From positions 60,778-124,777 of the forward strand of contig DGTM01000011.1 in assembly GCA_002394305.1 (NCBI GenBank): a stretch of DNA of 64,000 bases, in the 5' to 3' direction. This document shows positions 1-8,523 of this stretch, piece by piece. The notes below the pieces were generated by a model, which was not told the origin of the DNA, did not search any database, and saw only the letters and a list, made by a program, of their open reading frames with translations. Within the stretch, counting starts at the first letter, position 1. Each line of letters begins with the position of its first letter. Both the position numbers and the translations under genes were made by a program. The DNA is from Prevotellaceae bacterium UBA4336. GTDB lineage: Bacteria; Bacteroidota; Bacteroidia; Bacteroidales; Bacteroidaceae.

Positions 1-1679
1 TCAAGGAGCGTGAACAGCTTCTCGTGTACCTCGATGTTGTGAGCGTTGCTCTCTCCCTGGTACCAGATAACGCCACGGATGGGCAGATGTCCGAGCGGCG
101 CAATGGCTGCCTCGAAGAGGTAGGCGGGTTCGTAAGGATGGCGTTGGAGAGGATTGTATGCAGCCGACTCTTTGTTGAGGGCGTGGGCAATGTTTTGTGT
201 CATGCGGCCTCGTGCCCAAGCTTGACCGAAGTCGCCGTTGCGCCAGTCGTGCAGGATGTTGGGAAACTCCCATTCCAACGTCGTGCGGTCAATCCATGAC
301 TCCGTCGTCGAGCCTCCCACGGCGTTACAGATGATGCCGATGGGAACGTCGGGCAGGCTGTCGCAAAGCACGCGGGCGAAGTTGAAGGCGACGGCAGAGA
401 ACTTGGCGACCACTTCGGGCGAAGCCGTCTTCCATCCCTGCATGTCCATGTGGCGCAGCTCATTCGTGTAGGCAAGCACGCTGTCGTCCCACTCCACGGC
501 ATCCGTCCTTGTTCGCGCGGGCATATTATATATATGTAGGCGACCAGCAAGACGTTTGGCGTCGGCAAGGTCCTCGTCGAGCGTGCCCGATTGGTCCACG
601 TGCAGCTCCATGTTCGACTGACCGCTGGCAAGCCAAATGTCGCCAAAGTAGAGGCTGTCTATCGTGAGCGTCTGCGGCTCGGCTTTCGTCAGGTTGTCAA
701 GAAGATAAGGGTACTTTTCGGGATAGTAGAAGCGATAATGGTCGGGGTTCAAAGGCTTGGCGGTGATGGTGAGCGTATAGGGGCCGCCAGCCTTCATTTC
801 GGACATCTCCATACTCCACGAGCCATCGGCACGCGAGAAAGTCTCACCCTCATCCACCACCTTGCCGTCCTTGCTCAGCACGCGTCTTATTTTGCTTCGT
901 GCATTGGCACGACCTTCCAACAGGAGAGGCTCGTCGCGCGGCAAGACCATTCCCGTGGAATAGACAGGAGGCAAATGCAGCCCTCCGTAGTCGCCCGTGA
1001 GTGCCGAATAGACGGTCTTTGCCAGAATCTTTGCGCCTTCGGGATTGGGGTGCAGGGCATCGGGGAAGAGGTCGGGATGGCAGTGAAGCGGCTCGTAGAG
1101 GTCGATGAGCTGTGCTCCGGAGCCTTGTGCCACCTGCTCGATGGCTTGCTGAATCTGTGCGTGCCAGTCGCGTGTGCCGCTCTGGAAGCGTGGGTGGCGA
1201 TGGAAGATGGGCGTCATCTTGCAGACCAGGATGCGGGCTTCGGGGTTCACCAGGCGGAAGGAATCAATCAGGGCGCGATAGTTCGGGATGAACTCCTCCT
1301 TCCAGTCGGGCCAGTTGCGCGGGTCGGTGTCGTTCAGGCCTAAGTGGATGACCACCCAGTCGGGCTTGAACTGGAGCGCCTGATGAAACTCCGGCAGACC
1401 GATGTACGGGCGATGTCCCTTATATAATAAGGTAGCGCCCGAGTGTCCGAAGTTCTGCACGTCGAAGCCCTCGCCCAGCATTCGTTGCAGCTGCGACGGG
1501 TAGCTGTCCCTCTCGCGGTCGGCAATGCCGTAACCGAACGTCACGCTGTTGCCCACGCAGGCCACACGGATAGCCCCTCTCCCTAACCCTCCCCCAAAGG
1601 GGAGGGAACTCCGGACGCTGAACTCAATGGATTGGAAGAGAAACAAGAACAGTAATAGGAACCATCTACTCTTTGTCAT
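1..1679 (-). CDS. Sialate O-acetylesterase (N-terminal SGNH/GDSL domain plus sialate O-acetylesterase domain). The C-terminus runs off the left edge of the window.
   Basis: Not in the supplied ORF track. My own translation of the minus strand from the ATG at 1679-1677 stays open to position 3. It reads MTKSRWFLLLFLFLFQSIEF (signal peptide), then IRVACVGNSVTFGYG (SGNH block I), VVIHLGLNDTD, DALHPNPEGAKILA, and later GDIWLASGQSNME and GVIWYQGESNAH, which are typical of the sialate O-acetylesterase family. It lies next to nanA. Confidence 0.8.
   Translation of the reverse strand, partial: MTKSRWFLLLFLFLFQSIEFSVRSSLPFGGGLGRGAIRVACVGNSVTFGYGIADRERDSYPSQLQRMLGEGFDVQNFGHSGATLLYKGHRPYIGLPEFHQALQFKPDWVVIHLGLNDTDPRNWPDWKEEFIPNYRALIDSFRLVNPEARILVCKMTPIFHRHPRFQSGTRDWHAQIQQAIEQVAQGSGAQLIDLYEPLHCHPDLFPDALHPNPEGAKILAKTVYSALTGDYGGLHLPPVYSTGMVLPRDEPLLLEGRANARSKIRRVLSKDGKVVDEGETFSRADGSWSMEMSEMKAGGPYTLTITAKPLNPDHYRFYYPEKYPYLLDNLTKAEPQTLTIDSLYFGDIWLASGQSNMELHVDQSGTLDEDLADAKRLAGRLHIYNMPARTRTDAVEWDDSVLAYTNELRHMDMQGWKTASPEVVAKFSAVAFNFARVLCDSLPDVPIGIICNAVGGSTTESWIDRTTLEWEFPNILHDWRNGDFGQAWARGRMTQNIAHALNKESAAYNPLQRHPYEPAYLFEAAIAPLGHLPIRGVIWYQGESNAHNIEVHEKLFTLL
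1571..1612. repeat. Small hairpin element (CCCTCCCC-CAAA-GGGGAGGG core), inserted in frame just after the signal peptide of the esterase
   Basis: The sequence gcccctctccctaaccctcccccaaaggggaggg encodes SSLPFGGGLGRG between the signal peptide and the first SGNH block. Near-identical copies lie at 1727-1760 (opposite orientation) and 21994-22022. Confidence 0.6.
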
Positions 1680-1726
1680 AGCTGAACGGTTTGAAGGGAA
1701 AAAGTTGACTTCGTCGAGCGTTTATT

Positions 1727-1785
1727 TCTCCCCTTTGGGGGAGTTAGAGGGGGGCAATGGGGGAGTTAAAGGGGGGCTAATTCGT
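1727..1785. repeat. Intergenic copy or copies of the same hairpin element (ctcccc-ttt-gggggag, followed by gggggagtta[ag]a ggggggc twice)
   Basis: The reverse complement of 1727-1760 is gcccccctctaactcccccaaaggggaga, which matches 21994-22022 almost base for base. It overlaps the last four codons of nanA. Confidence 0.6.
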
Positions 1786-2692
1786 TGCATTGCTGGAAGA
1801 AGCCTATCTCGTCGAGTTCCCTGCGGAGCTGCTGTTCCTCCTCGGGCGTGACGTTCTGGAAGGGTGTGCGGTTGGGTCCGAGGTCGAGGCCGATGAGCTT
1901 CATGATGCGCTTGCCGCCGACGATGTTGCCGCGGAAGTGGCAGATGATGTTGATGACGAGCTGCGAGTAGTCCTGCAGCCGGCGTGCTGTCTCCAGGTCG
2001 CCGCGCTTCCAGGCTTCGATGATGCCGACGAGGTTCTTGCCGTTGTAGTTCGTGGTACCGCCGATGCCGCCTTGCGCGCCGCCCATAGCCAGACAGGGCA
2101 GGATGGTCTCGTCCTGTCCGTGGAGCATGTCGAACTTACCGCCGCCGTAGAGTCGGCATTGGTTGTATTCGTAGAGGCTCTCGAAGGTGTACTTGATGCC
2201 TGCGAAGTTGGGGATGCGTCCGTCGACGGCCTCCAGGAACTTCACCATCGGCAGGTAGGCGCCGTTGAAGGCTGGGATGTGGTAGAAGTAGAAGGGCAGG
2301 TCTGGAGCGCCTGCGGCAATCTCCTCGCAGTATTTGACGAGCTCTTCGATGCGACTGATTTTCGGGAATGGCGGGGCCATGGCTCCGATGCCCCAGGCGC
2401 CTATCTTCTGTGCGTGCTCGGCCAGCTTCCTGCTCTCGCGGACGCAGCAGCTGCCGACGTGCACGATGACCTTGAAGCCCTCGGGCGCAGCCTTTATCCA
2501 GGCTTCGGCGAGCTGCATGCGTTCCTCTGGGGTGAGCATGTAGCCTTCGCCGCTGCTGCCGTTGATGAACACGCCTTTGAGGCCGTTCTTTTGCAGCATC
2601 TTGGCGTATGCGGGGATGGGTTCTAGGTTCACGTCGCCGTTCTCGTGGAAAGGCGTGAAGGGAGCATCGATAAGTCCGATAATTTTTTCCAT
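1766..2692 (-). CDS. nanA: N-acetylneuraminate lyase (DapA/NAL family class I aldolase)
   Basis: 308-aa ORF with an ATG start. The translation MEKIIGLIDAPFTPFHENGDVN...GVFINGSSGEGYMLTPEER...AGIKYTF... resembles NanA/DHDPS-family aldolases, and the gene is adjacent to the sialate esterase. Confidence 0.85.
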   Translation of the reverse strand: MEKIIGLIDAPFTPFHENGDVNLEPIPAYAKMLQKNGLKGVFINGSSGEGYMLTPEERMQLAEAWIKAAPEGFKVIVHVGSCCVRESRKLAEHAQKIGAWGIGAMAPPFPKISRIEELVKYCEEIAAGAPDLPFYFYHIPAFNGAYLPMVKFLEAVDGRIPNFAGIKYTFESLYEYNQCRLYGGGKFDMLHGQDETILPCLAMGGAQGGIGGTTNYNGKNLVGIIEAWKRGDLETARRLQDYSQLVINIICHFRGNIVGGKRIMKLIGLDLGPNRTPFQNVTPEEEQQLRRELDEIGFFQQCNELAPL

Positions 2693-2773
2693 AGTAATTC
2701 TTTTTTTAGGTTTGGTTGTTACGTTATTTCGTTATTACGTTATTTCGACATTTGGGTGTGAAGGCCTTTCGTC

Positions 2774-5434
2774 CTAATCGTTCCTTAGGACTTTCCGGTC
2801 CCTGCCGATGAGCAGACCGCGCGTGCGGTTTGTGGCGGGCAGTCCGGCGGGAGTGAAGAGGGATTCTGCGGTCGTCCCAAGGGGAAGGATGATGGCATCC
2901 TCGCCGTCCCGTTGCAGGGAGAGCGTTCCGGCGGGGATGTCGGCGCGGACGCCGTAGACGCCCTCGTCGAGCTGGAGGCTCCAGGTGCGTGTGGCGGAGG
3001 TGCTTCGGGCGAGCGACGAGGGGATGCCCGGCACGAGCGATTCGTCTGCGGAGGCCGGGGCGTAGCAGACGTTGTCGGCGGTGGTGGCGGTCTCGGGCTC
3101 GATGACTATCATCGTCCAGAACTGCAGGGAGGGCAGGGTCAGACTGACGGTGCCTGTGGCCGACGCGTACTTGTAGTCAGTGATTTCCTGCATGGCTCCG
3201 CCGCAATAGTCGGGCGAGGCGACCCATACGCGCCGCACCTTGCCCATGCCCGACAGCCCGCTGAGGCGGACGGACAGGTCCTCGAAGCGCCGGGGCCAGG
3301 GGCGTGTGGCCTGGTTGTCGTGCCAGCAGAGGAGGTAGTCGTCGTCGGAAACGGCGCCTGCACTGTCTTGCGTGAAGTTGAGCAAATGGACGACTTGCCT
3401 GCCGTTCACTTCCCTGGCGAGCAGCGTCACCTGATTGGCTTGCGGCTCCCAAGTATTGACCGTCACGTCGGAGCATGTCGCTTTGACGTTTGTGCGCTCC
3501 GTCCAGTCGTCGCGCAGCAGGTTCTCGTAGGCCGTGAGGAAGTCGTAGTAGCGCGTCATCCAGTCCTCCAGCTGGCTGTGCCACTTCATGCCTGCGTAGG
3601 GGAAATATTCGCGGCAGAGCATGTGGTCGCCGCCGAGCTCGAGGTGTGAGCCGCCGAGGGCAAACATCACGGCGTCGGCCATGACGATGCCCGGCGTGTT
3701 GAAGTTGCGGTTGTCGCTGGTGTAGTTCATGTAGGCGGCGAGGACGGTGCGCAGGGTGGGGCTGAGGCTGCGGTTCTCGTCGATGACGTTCTTGATGTTT
3801 GCAAAGCGTCCTGCACCGCTCTTCAGGCTGTTGCCGGACTGGTTGCCCCAGACCTCGGAGTAGAGGAAGTCCACTTTCCCCGAGCCGGCAATCTGGGACG
3901 CTCCCCACTGGCTGACGGCGTTCATGACGAGCCGCTTCCCGGGGTGGAGGTTCTTCATGTAGGTGATGAACGTGGCGTAGCCTTCGCGCAGGTCGACGCT
4001 CTGCCCGTCGTAGTCGTAGACGTTGCCGCGCGAGCCAAGCTGGTCTATCTGGTATCCGTCGAAGTCGAGAGCGGCGTAGACGTCGTCGTTGCGCTCCCCG
4101 AGGTAGGAGAGCCAGTCGGGGTTGGCCGGATTGACCAAAAGGATGTCGCTCTTCCACGAGTCCGGCAGCTCGTGGCGGTCGATGGTAGAGCGGTTCTTGT
4201 CCTTGTAGATGAACCACTCGGGCTTGACGCCGCGGTCCTGCCATCCGTCGAGGACGCCGAAGCAGAGGTTGTAGAAGATGCTCTTCATGCCGCGGTCGTG
4301 GGCCGAGCGTATGTAGTTCCGGACGGCAGAGGTGTAGATGGTCCTGTTCGCGACGTCCTTGTAGGTCGTCCAGAGTCCATCCTGTCGGGTGCCGCCCAGC
4401 GGCCAGTCGTGGCAGTAGTGCCAGTCCTGGAACTGTACGCCGTTGATGTGGCAGCGGTTGAGCCACTTCATCTCCGTGCGCGTCTTGACCGCCGTCTTGT
4501 CGCTTCCGAAGGTGGCTACGAAGCCGTAGCGCGGGAAGCGTGTCCAGTCGGAGCTGACATCGATGGCGATGGTGGCAAGGATTTCGTCGGCCTTCTCCGT
4601 GGAACGGTAGACCTCGGCCATGTATCCGCGGAAGTCCTCGGGCGGAGCCGTCCACGTCCAGCTGCGGGAGGTAAGCAGTGTGTCGGCGATGATGTCGCCC
4701 ATGTGTCGGTAGCGGACCCTGGTTCCCTGCGGGGGTGCCGACGTCATAGTCAGCGTCACCGTCTGGCCTGGAGCGTAGCTGCAGAGGTCGGTCTCAACCT
4801 GATAGCGCAGTTTGGGGAGCTTCTCGGTGGCTCCCGTGGCAAGCAGCGGTGCGATGGGGCGCACGGAGGGGGTCTTCTTGTAGGATTTGCTGTGCAAGGC
4901 CATCGTGCCGGGCGAGAGCCGGAGCCTGCCGCCGTAGGTGCCGGCATCGGGTGCGTCCTCGCGGAGGGCGAAGTCGTTCGTTTCGGTCAGTTCAGTGCTT
5001 GTGGCTGTGCCGACGGGGTAGAGCTGTGGCGGGAACCGGCGCACCTGGGGCAAAAGGCCCTCGCCGTCGGCTATGCGTATCTGTTTCGTGTTTGTGTCCA
5101 CCTGCACCCGGCAGGTCCCGATGTTGTCGGCGCGGAACTTGTAGTCGCCGCTGGTGTGGAGGACAACAGCCTGTGTGCCAGTGGAGAGACGTGTGCCGGC
5201 CTTGGCTGGTCCCCAGTGGCTGCCCCAGCCCGATGCGTCGGTCATGAACTTCAGCTCGCCGCCGTGCGCGAGGAATCCCTCCCAGGTGTAGATGCCCGGA
5301 GTCTGTTCCGTCATGGGCTGACGGCTCCAGCCTGAGGAGATGGCAGAGCCGACGATGTAGAGCGCTGCCTGCACGGGCAGGGGCGTCAGCACGGTCAGGA
5401 GACAGACGAGGAGGGCGTGTGTGATTCTGTTCAT
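2774..5434 (-). CDS. Secreted GH66-like glycoside hydrolase (dextranase / cycloisomaltooligosaccharide glucanotransferase family) with an N-terminal carbohydrate-binding-like domain
   Basis: 886 aa with a signal peptide (MNRITHALLVCLLTVLTPLPVQA). It carries FPRYGFVATF, NGVQFQDWHYCHDWP and FDGYQIDQLGSRG, the last resembling the GH66 nucleophile region (DG[WY]Q.D..G). The C-terminal RGLLIGRDRKVLRND weakly resembles the short T9SS tail seen on other proteins here. Confidence 0.6.
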   Translation of the reverse strand: MNRITHALLVCLLTVLTPLPVQAALYIVGSAISSGWSRQPMTEQTPGIYTWEGFLAHGGELKFMTDASGWGSHWGPAKAGTRLSTGTQAVVLHTSGDYKFRADNIGTCRVQVDTNTKQIRIADGEGLLPQVRRFPPQLYPVGTATSTELTETNDFALREDAPDAGTYGGRLRLSPGTMALHSKSYKKTPSVRPIAPLLATGATEKLPKLRYQVETDLCSYAPGQTVTLTMTSAPPQGTRVRYRHMGDIIADTLLTSRSWTWTAPPEDFRGYMAEVYRSTEKADEILATIAIDVSSDWTRFPRYGFVATFGSDKTAVKTRTEMKWLNRCHINGVQFQDWHYCHDWPLGGTRQDGLWTTYKDVANRTIYTSAVRNYIRSAHDRGMKSIFYNLCFGVLDGWQDRGVKPEWFIYKDKNRSTIDRHELPDSWKSDILLVNPANPDWLSYLGERNDDVYAALDFDGYQIDQLGSRGNVYDYDGQSVDLREGYATFITYMKNLHPGKRLVMNAVSQWGASQIAGSGKVDFLYSEVWGNQSGNSLKSGAGRFANIKNVIDENRSLSPTLRTVLAAYMNYTSDNRNFNTPGIVMADAVMFALGGSHLELGGDHMLCREYFPYAGMKWHSQLEDWMTRYYDFLTAYENLLRDDWTERTNVKATCSDVTVNTWEPQANQVTLLAREVNGRQVVHLLNFTQDSAGAVSDDDYLLCWHDNQATRPWPRRFEDLSVRLSGLSGMGKVRRVWVASPDYCGGAMQEITDYKYASATGTVSLTLPSLQFWTMIVIEPETATTADNVCYAPASADESLVPGIPSSLARSTSATRTWSLQLDEGVYGVRADIPAGTLSLQRDGEDAIILPLGTTAESLFTPAGLPATNRTRGLLIGRDRKVLRND

Positions 5435-5485
5435 GGTAAGTGAAGATGGTTGTTGCCTCTACGTGGAGGGTGGAGGCGTAGGGAA

Positions 5486-7783
5486 TCAGTGTGCGATGAC
5501 GATGCGCGTCAGGATGGCTTTGTCTCCGACGGAGTTGTTAGCCACGACGTGGTAGACGCCGCTTGCCACCTTGCGGCCGTTGTTGGCACATCCGTTCCAG
5601 GTGCAGGTGCCGCCTGCCGACGTGCCGTTCCAAACGAGTTGGCCGCCCGAGGAGAGTATCTTTACCTCGGAGTCGCTCGTCAGTCCGCGGATGGCAATCG
5701 GGCCGTTGTAGTCGGGCGTGACGGGGTTGGGGAAGACCACGACGTTGCTCTTCGAGAGTTCCTCCGCGGGGGCTGTGGCATCGCTGATGTAGCTGCACAG
5801 GCCCTTGTCGGTGCCGAAGACCACCTCGCCCGTGCCGGGATGGACGGCGATGCTCTGCACGTTGTCGCTCAGCAGGGGGCTGTCCTCGTTCGTGAAGTGG
5901 TGGATCATCTCCTGTCCGTCGGCGCTGATGAGATAGGCTCCGTTGGTATGCGTGCCTATCCACTTGCGGTTGGCGGCATCGATGGTGATGCAGGAGATGG
6001 AGACGTCGTTGAGCAGATAGTCGGCCAGGCCGCTGCCGTCGTTGCGGTTAATCTTGATTTGTGTGAACTGCATGCTGGGGTCGAAGACTTTCGTCACGTC
6101 CTCGATGACGAACAGTCCCGCCGATGTGCCTACCCACACCATGCCGTCCAGGTCCTCGCAGAGGCAGTAGAACTCCAGCGGCTCGTAGGTCGTGCCGTCC
6201 TGGTTGACGATGTTCTGGTGCAGGATGGTGCGGTCGTCGGTGGTGCGGTCGGTGCCCTTCGTGTCGAGGCAGAACACGCCTCTCATCTCGATGCGTCGGC
6301 TCGAGAAGAGCTTGATGCCGCTGCTGTGGTGCAGAATCTGGTCGATGAGCGACACGCCGTCAATCTCCGGGTAGTAGAGGTTGAGCCACTTGCCGTCGGG
6401 CTTGAGCACGTGTATCACGGTGTCCCTGATGGTGTTTGCCATCCACAGGTTGCCGTCGGCATCGTAGCTCAGGGCAGAGCACGTCACATAGTTGTAGTAG
6501 TAGCGCGAGGGGTACAGGACGCTCTTCAGGGGGGAGTTGTCGTGGTTGTAGACCTTGACGAACTTTCCGTTACGATACTCGCAGAGTCCCGTGCGGAAGG
6601 GGCTGGCGAAGTGATGCGTGTCGTCGAGGGGGTCCTGCACCAGGTCGGTGGTGTTGAAGACGTTGAGCCTGGGGTATTCGGCAGGCTTCTCCATCTCGGT
6701 GAAGTTCGTCCATTGTCCGTTTTCGTAGTACATGGCTGTGGCCGGGTTGTAGAAACTCGAGACGGTGTTGATGCCGCCGGCCACCAGGAGGCGGTCGCCT
6801 ATCCAGTTCACGCGGTAGCCGAGGTCGCGGATGGGGCTGCTTGGCTGAATGACTTCGCCTGTCGGCACTACCGTTCCTTCGCTCAGCTTGTAGCTCCTCA
6901 GTCCCTTATCCTGCTCGCTCATCCAGTAGGTGCTGCCCAGACAGGAGACATCCGTCCAGGTGTTTTCCACGGAGAGGACAGTGGGTTGGGCCGTGATGTC
7001 GGTCGTATAGCAGAGCTGCGTGGCGTTGCCCCATATCAGCCGCCCTTCGCTTTCCTTCAGGAAGGTGAAGGTCCCGTCCATATGGATTGCGTAGCCTTTG
7101 GCGTAGGGGTCCAGGATGAACAGTGCGCTGTTGTTCATCGCCATCAGTTTGCCCTGGTAGAAGTACATGTTCCTCATGCCGCCCCAGTCGAAGCGAAGCT
7201 TCCAGTTCGACTCCACCAGCATGTTGTCCGACTTCTTGCAGTAGAAGATGCCGCCCGACGTGCCGAGGAACACGGCCTCGTCCGACGCCGCGACGCTGTA
7301 GATGTTGAAGTTCAGCTTGTAGGTGTTGCGGAAGACGCCCTCCTTCATGTCCACTTCGACAAGGCCGAAGCCCGTGGCAAGATATGCCATCGAGCCAGTG
7401 ACGCTGACGTAGGCGACCTCCTTGCCCAGGATGCGTTTGTCCTTCAGTGCCGACAGGTTCTGCACGTTGCCGTCCCTGTCGAGCAGGTCGATGTTACTGC
7501 TTCCGTAGACGATGATCAGCTTGTCTGCCTCTTTGCTGTATGCGATGTGGGTAATGCCTATGTCGCTCAGCGTGTTGAGGTGGTCGTAGGTGCGCACCTC
7601 GCCGTCCTCCGTGTCGTAGGAGAGCAGGTTGCCGTTCATCAGTGAGTAGACCATGCTGCCCGCTGTCACGTTCTTCGTGGCGATGTAGTAACTCAGGTAC
7701 AATTGCCAGGTGCCCAGCTGCTGGGCGGCGGCTGTGAGGCAAAGCATGGAAAGGAGCGTTGCCAGGAGCTTCCTATAGTTCAT
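5486..7783 (-). CDS. Two-beta-propeller (Reg_prop-type) protein with a T9SS C-terminal domain, PorZ-like
   Basis: 765 aa with a signal peptide and repeated W.GT..G(L/A) propeller motifs (VWVGTSAGLFVI, KWIGTHTNGAYLI). The C-terminus VVFPNPVTPDYNGPIAIRGL...GVYHVVANNSVGDKAILTRIVIAH is a classical T9SS CTD. Size and architecture match PorZ-type proteins. Confidence 0.5.
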   Translation of the reverse strand: MNYRKLLATLLSMLCLTAAAQQLGTWQLYLSYYIATKNVTAGSMVYSLMNGNLLSYDTEDGEVRTYDHLNTLSDIGITHIAYSKEADKLIIVYGSSNIDLLDRDGNVQNLSALKDKRILGKEVAYVSVTGSMAYLATGFGLVEVDMKEGVFRNTYKLNFNIYSVAASDEAVFLGTSGGIFYCKKSDNMLVESNWKLRFDWGGMRNMYFYQGKLMAMNNSALFILDPYAKGYAIHMDGTFTFLKESEGRLIWGNATQLCYTTDITAQPTVLSVENTWTDVSCLGSTYWMSEQDKGLRSYKLSEGTVVPTGEVIQPSSPIRDLGYRVNWIGDRLLVAGGINTVSSFYNPATAMYYENGQWTNFTEMEKPAEYPRLNVFNTTDLVQDPLDDTHHFASPFRTGLCEYRNGKFVKVYNHDNSPLKSVLYPSRYYYNYVTCSALSYDADGNLWMANTIRDTVIHVLKPDGKWLNLYYPEIDGVSLIDQILHHSSGIKLFSSRRIEMRGVFCLDTKGTDRTTDDRTILHQNIVNQDGTTYEPLEFYCLCEDLDGMVWVGTSAGLFVIEDVTKVFDPSMQFTQIKINRNDGSGLADYLLNDVSISCITIDAANRKWIGTHTNGAYLISADGQEMIHHFTNEDSPLLSDNVQSIAVHPGTGEVVFGTDKGLCSYISDATAPAEELSKSNVVVFPNPVTPDYNGPIAIRGLTSDSEVKILSSGGQLVWNGTSAGGTCTWNGCANNGRKVASGVYHVVANNSVGDKAILTRIVIAH

Positions 7784-7876
7784 AGTTCAAAATACTTGTT
7801 AATGTATATAATGTGAGTGCGGTTTTTCGGTTCGGCACTCTTCTGCTGTTTGTCCTTGTCTGTGTGCGGCGGCAAA

Positions 7877-8479
7877 TTAATCCCTCATCAGGTATTCCGC
7901 CAGCTTCTGTGTGGCGCGTCCGCGATGGCTGATGGCGTTCTTCGCTTCGGCAGTCATCTGTGCGAAGGCCAGGCCGTCGGCTTCTGCGGGAGCAAAGACG
8001 GGGTCGTAGCCGAAGCCGCCTTCTCCAGCCCGCCGGGGCAGTATCTTGCCCTCCACGATGCCTTCGAAGAGGTTCTCCTCTTGTCCCTTGATCAGGGCGA
8101 TGACGGTGCGGAAGCGTGCCGTGCGGCTGTCGGCGTTCTCCAGTTTGTCCAGCAGGCACCGGATGTTGGCATCGGCATCGTGGCTCTCGCCGTAGCCGTT
8201 CATGGCGCCGAAGCGTGCCGTGAAGACGCCCGGCGCACCGCCCAGGGCATCCACCTCCAGCCCGGTGTCGTCGGCAAAGCAGTCCACGCCGTAGTGTTCG
8301 TGCACGTAGCGTGCCTTCTGCAGGGCGTTGCCCTCCAGCGTGTCGGCCGTCTCGGGAATGTCTTCCGTGCAGCCGATGTCGCTCAGCCCTCTGACGCAGA
8401 AGGCCTCGCCCAGTATCTGCCGCACTTCCTCCAGCTTGTGGGCATTGTTCGTCGCCATGACAAGTTCTCGTTTCATCAT
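7877..8479 (-). CDS. rdgB: dITP/XTP pyrophosphatase (RdgB/HAM1 family)
   Basis: 200 aa. The motifs ATNNAHKLEEV, EDIPETADTLEGNALQKA, DDTGLEVDALGGAPGV, FGYDPVF and KNAISHRGRA are hallmark RdgB/HAM1 motifs. Confidence 0.85.
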   Translation of the reverse strand: MMKRELVMATNNAHKLEEVRQILGEAFCVRGLSDIGCTEDIPETADTLEGNALQKARYVHEHYGVDCFADDTGLEVDALGGAPGVFTARFGAMNGYGESHDADANIRCLLDKLENADSRTARFRTVIALIKGQEENLFEGIVEGKILPRRAGEGGFGYDPVFAPAEADGLAFAQMTAEAKNAISHRGRATQKLAEYLMRD

Positions 8480-8523
8480 TTCACCTTTTAACTTCTTAAC
8501 CTTTTCACCTTTTCACCTTTTTA
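8471..8523. repeat. TTTTCAC / TTTCACC word array
   Basis: The sequence is tttcatcatttcaccttttaacttcttaaccttttcaccttttcacctttttatcg. It spans the rdgB start codon region and the stop of the upstream YitT gene. Confidence 0.7.
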
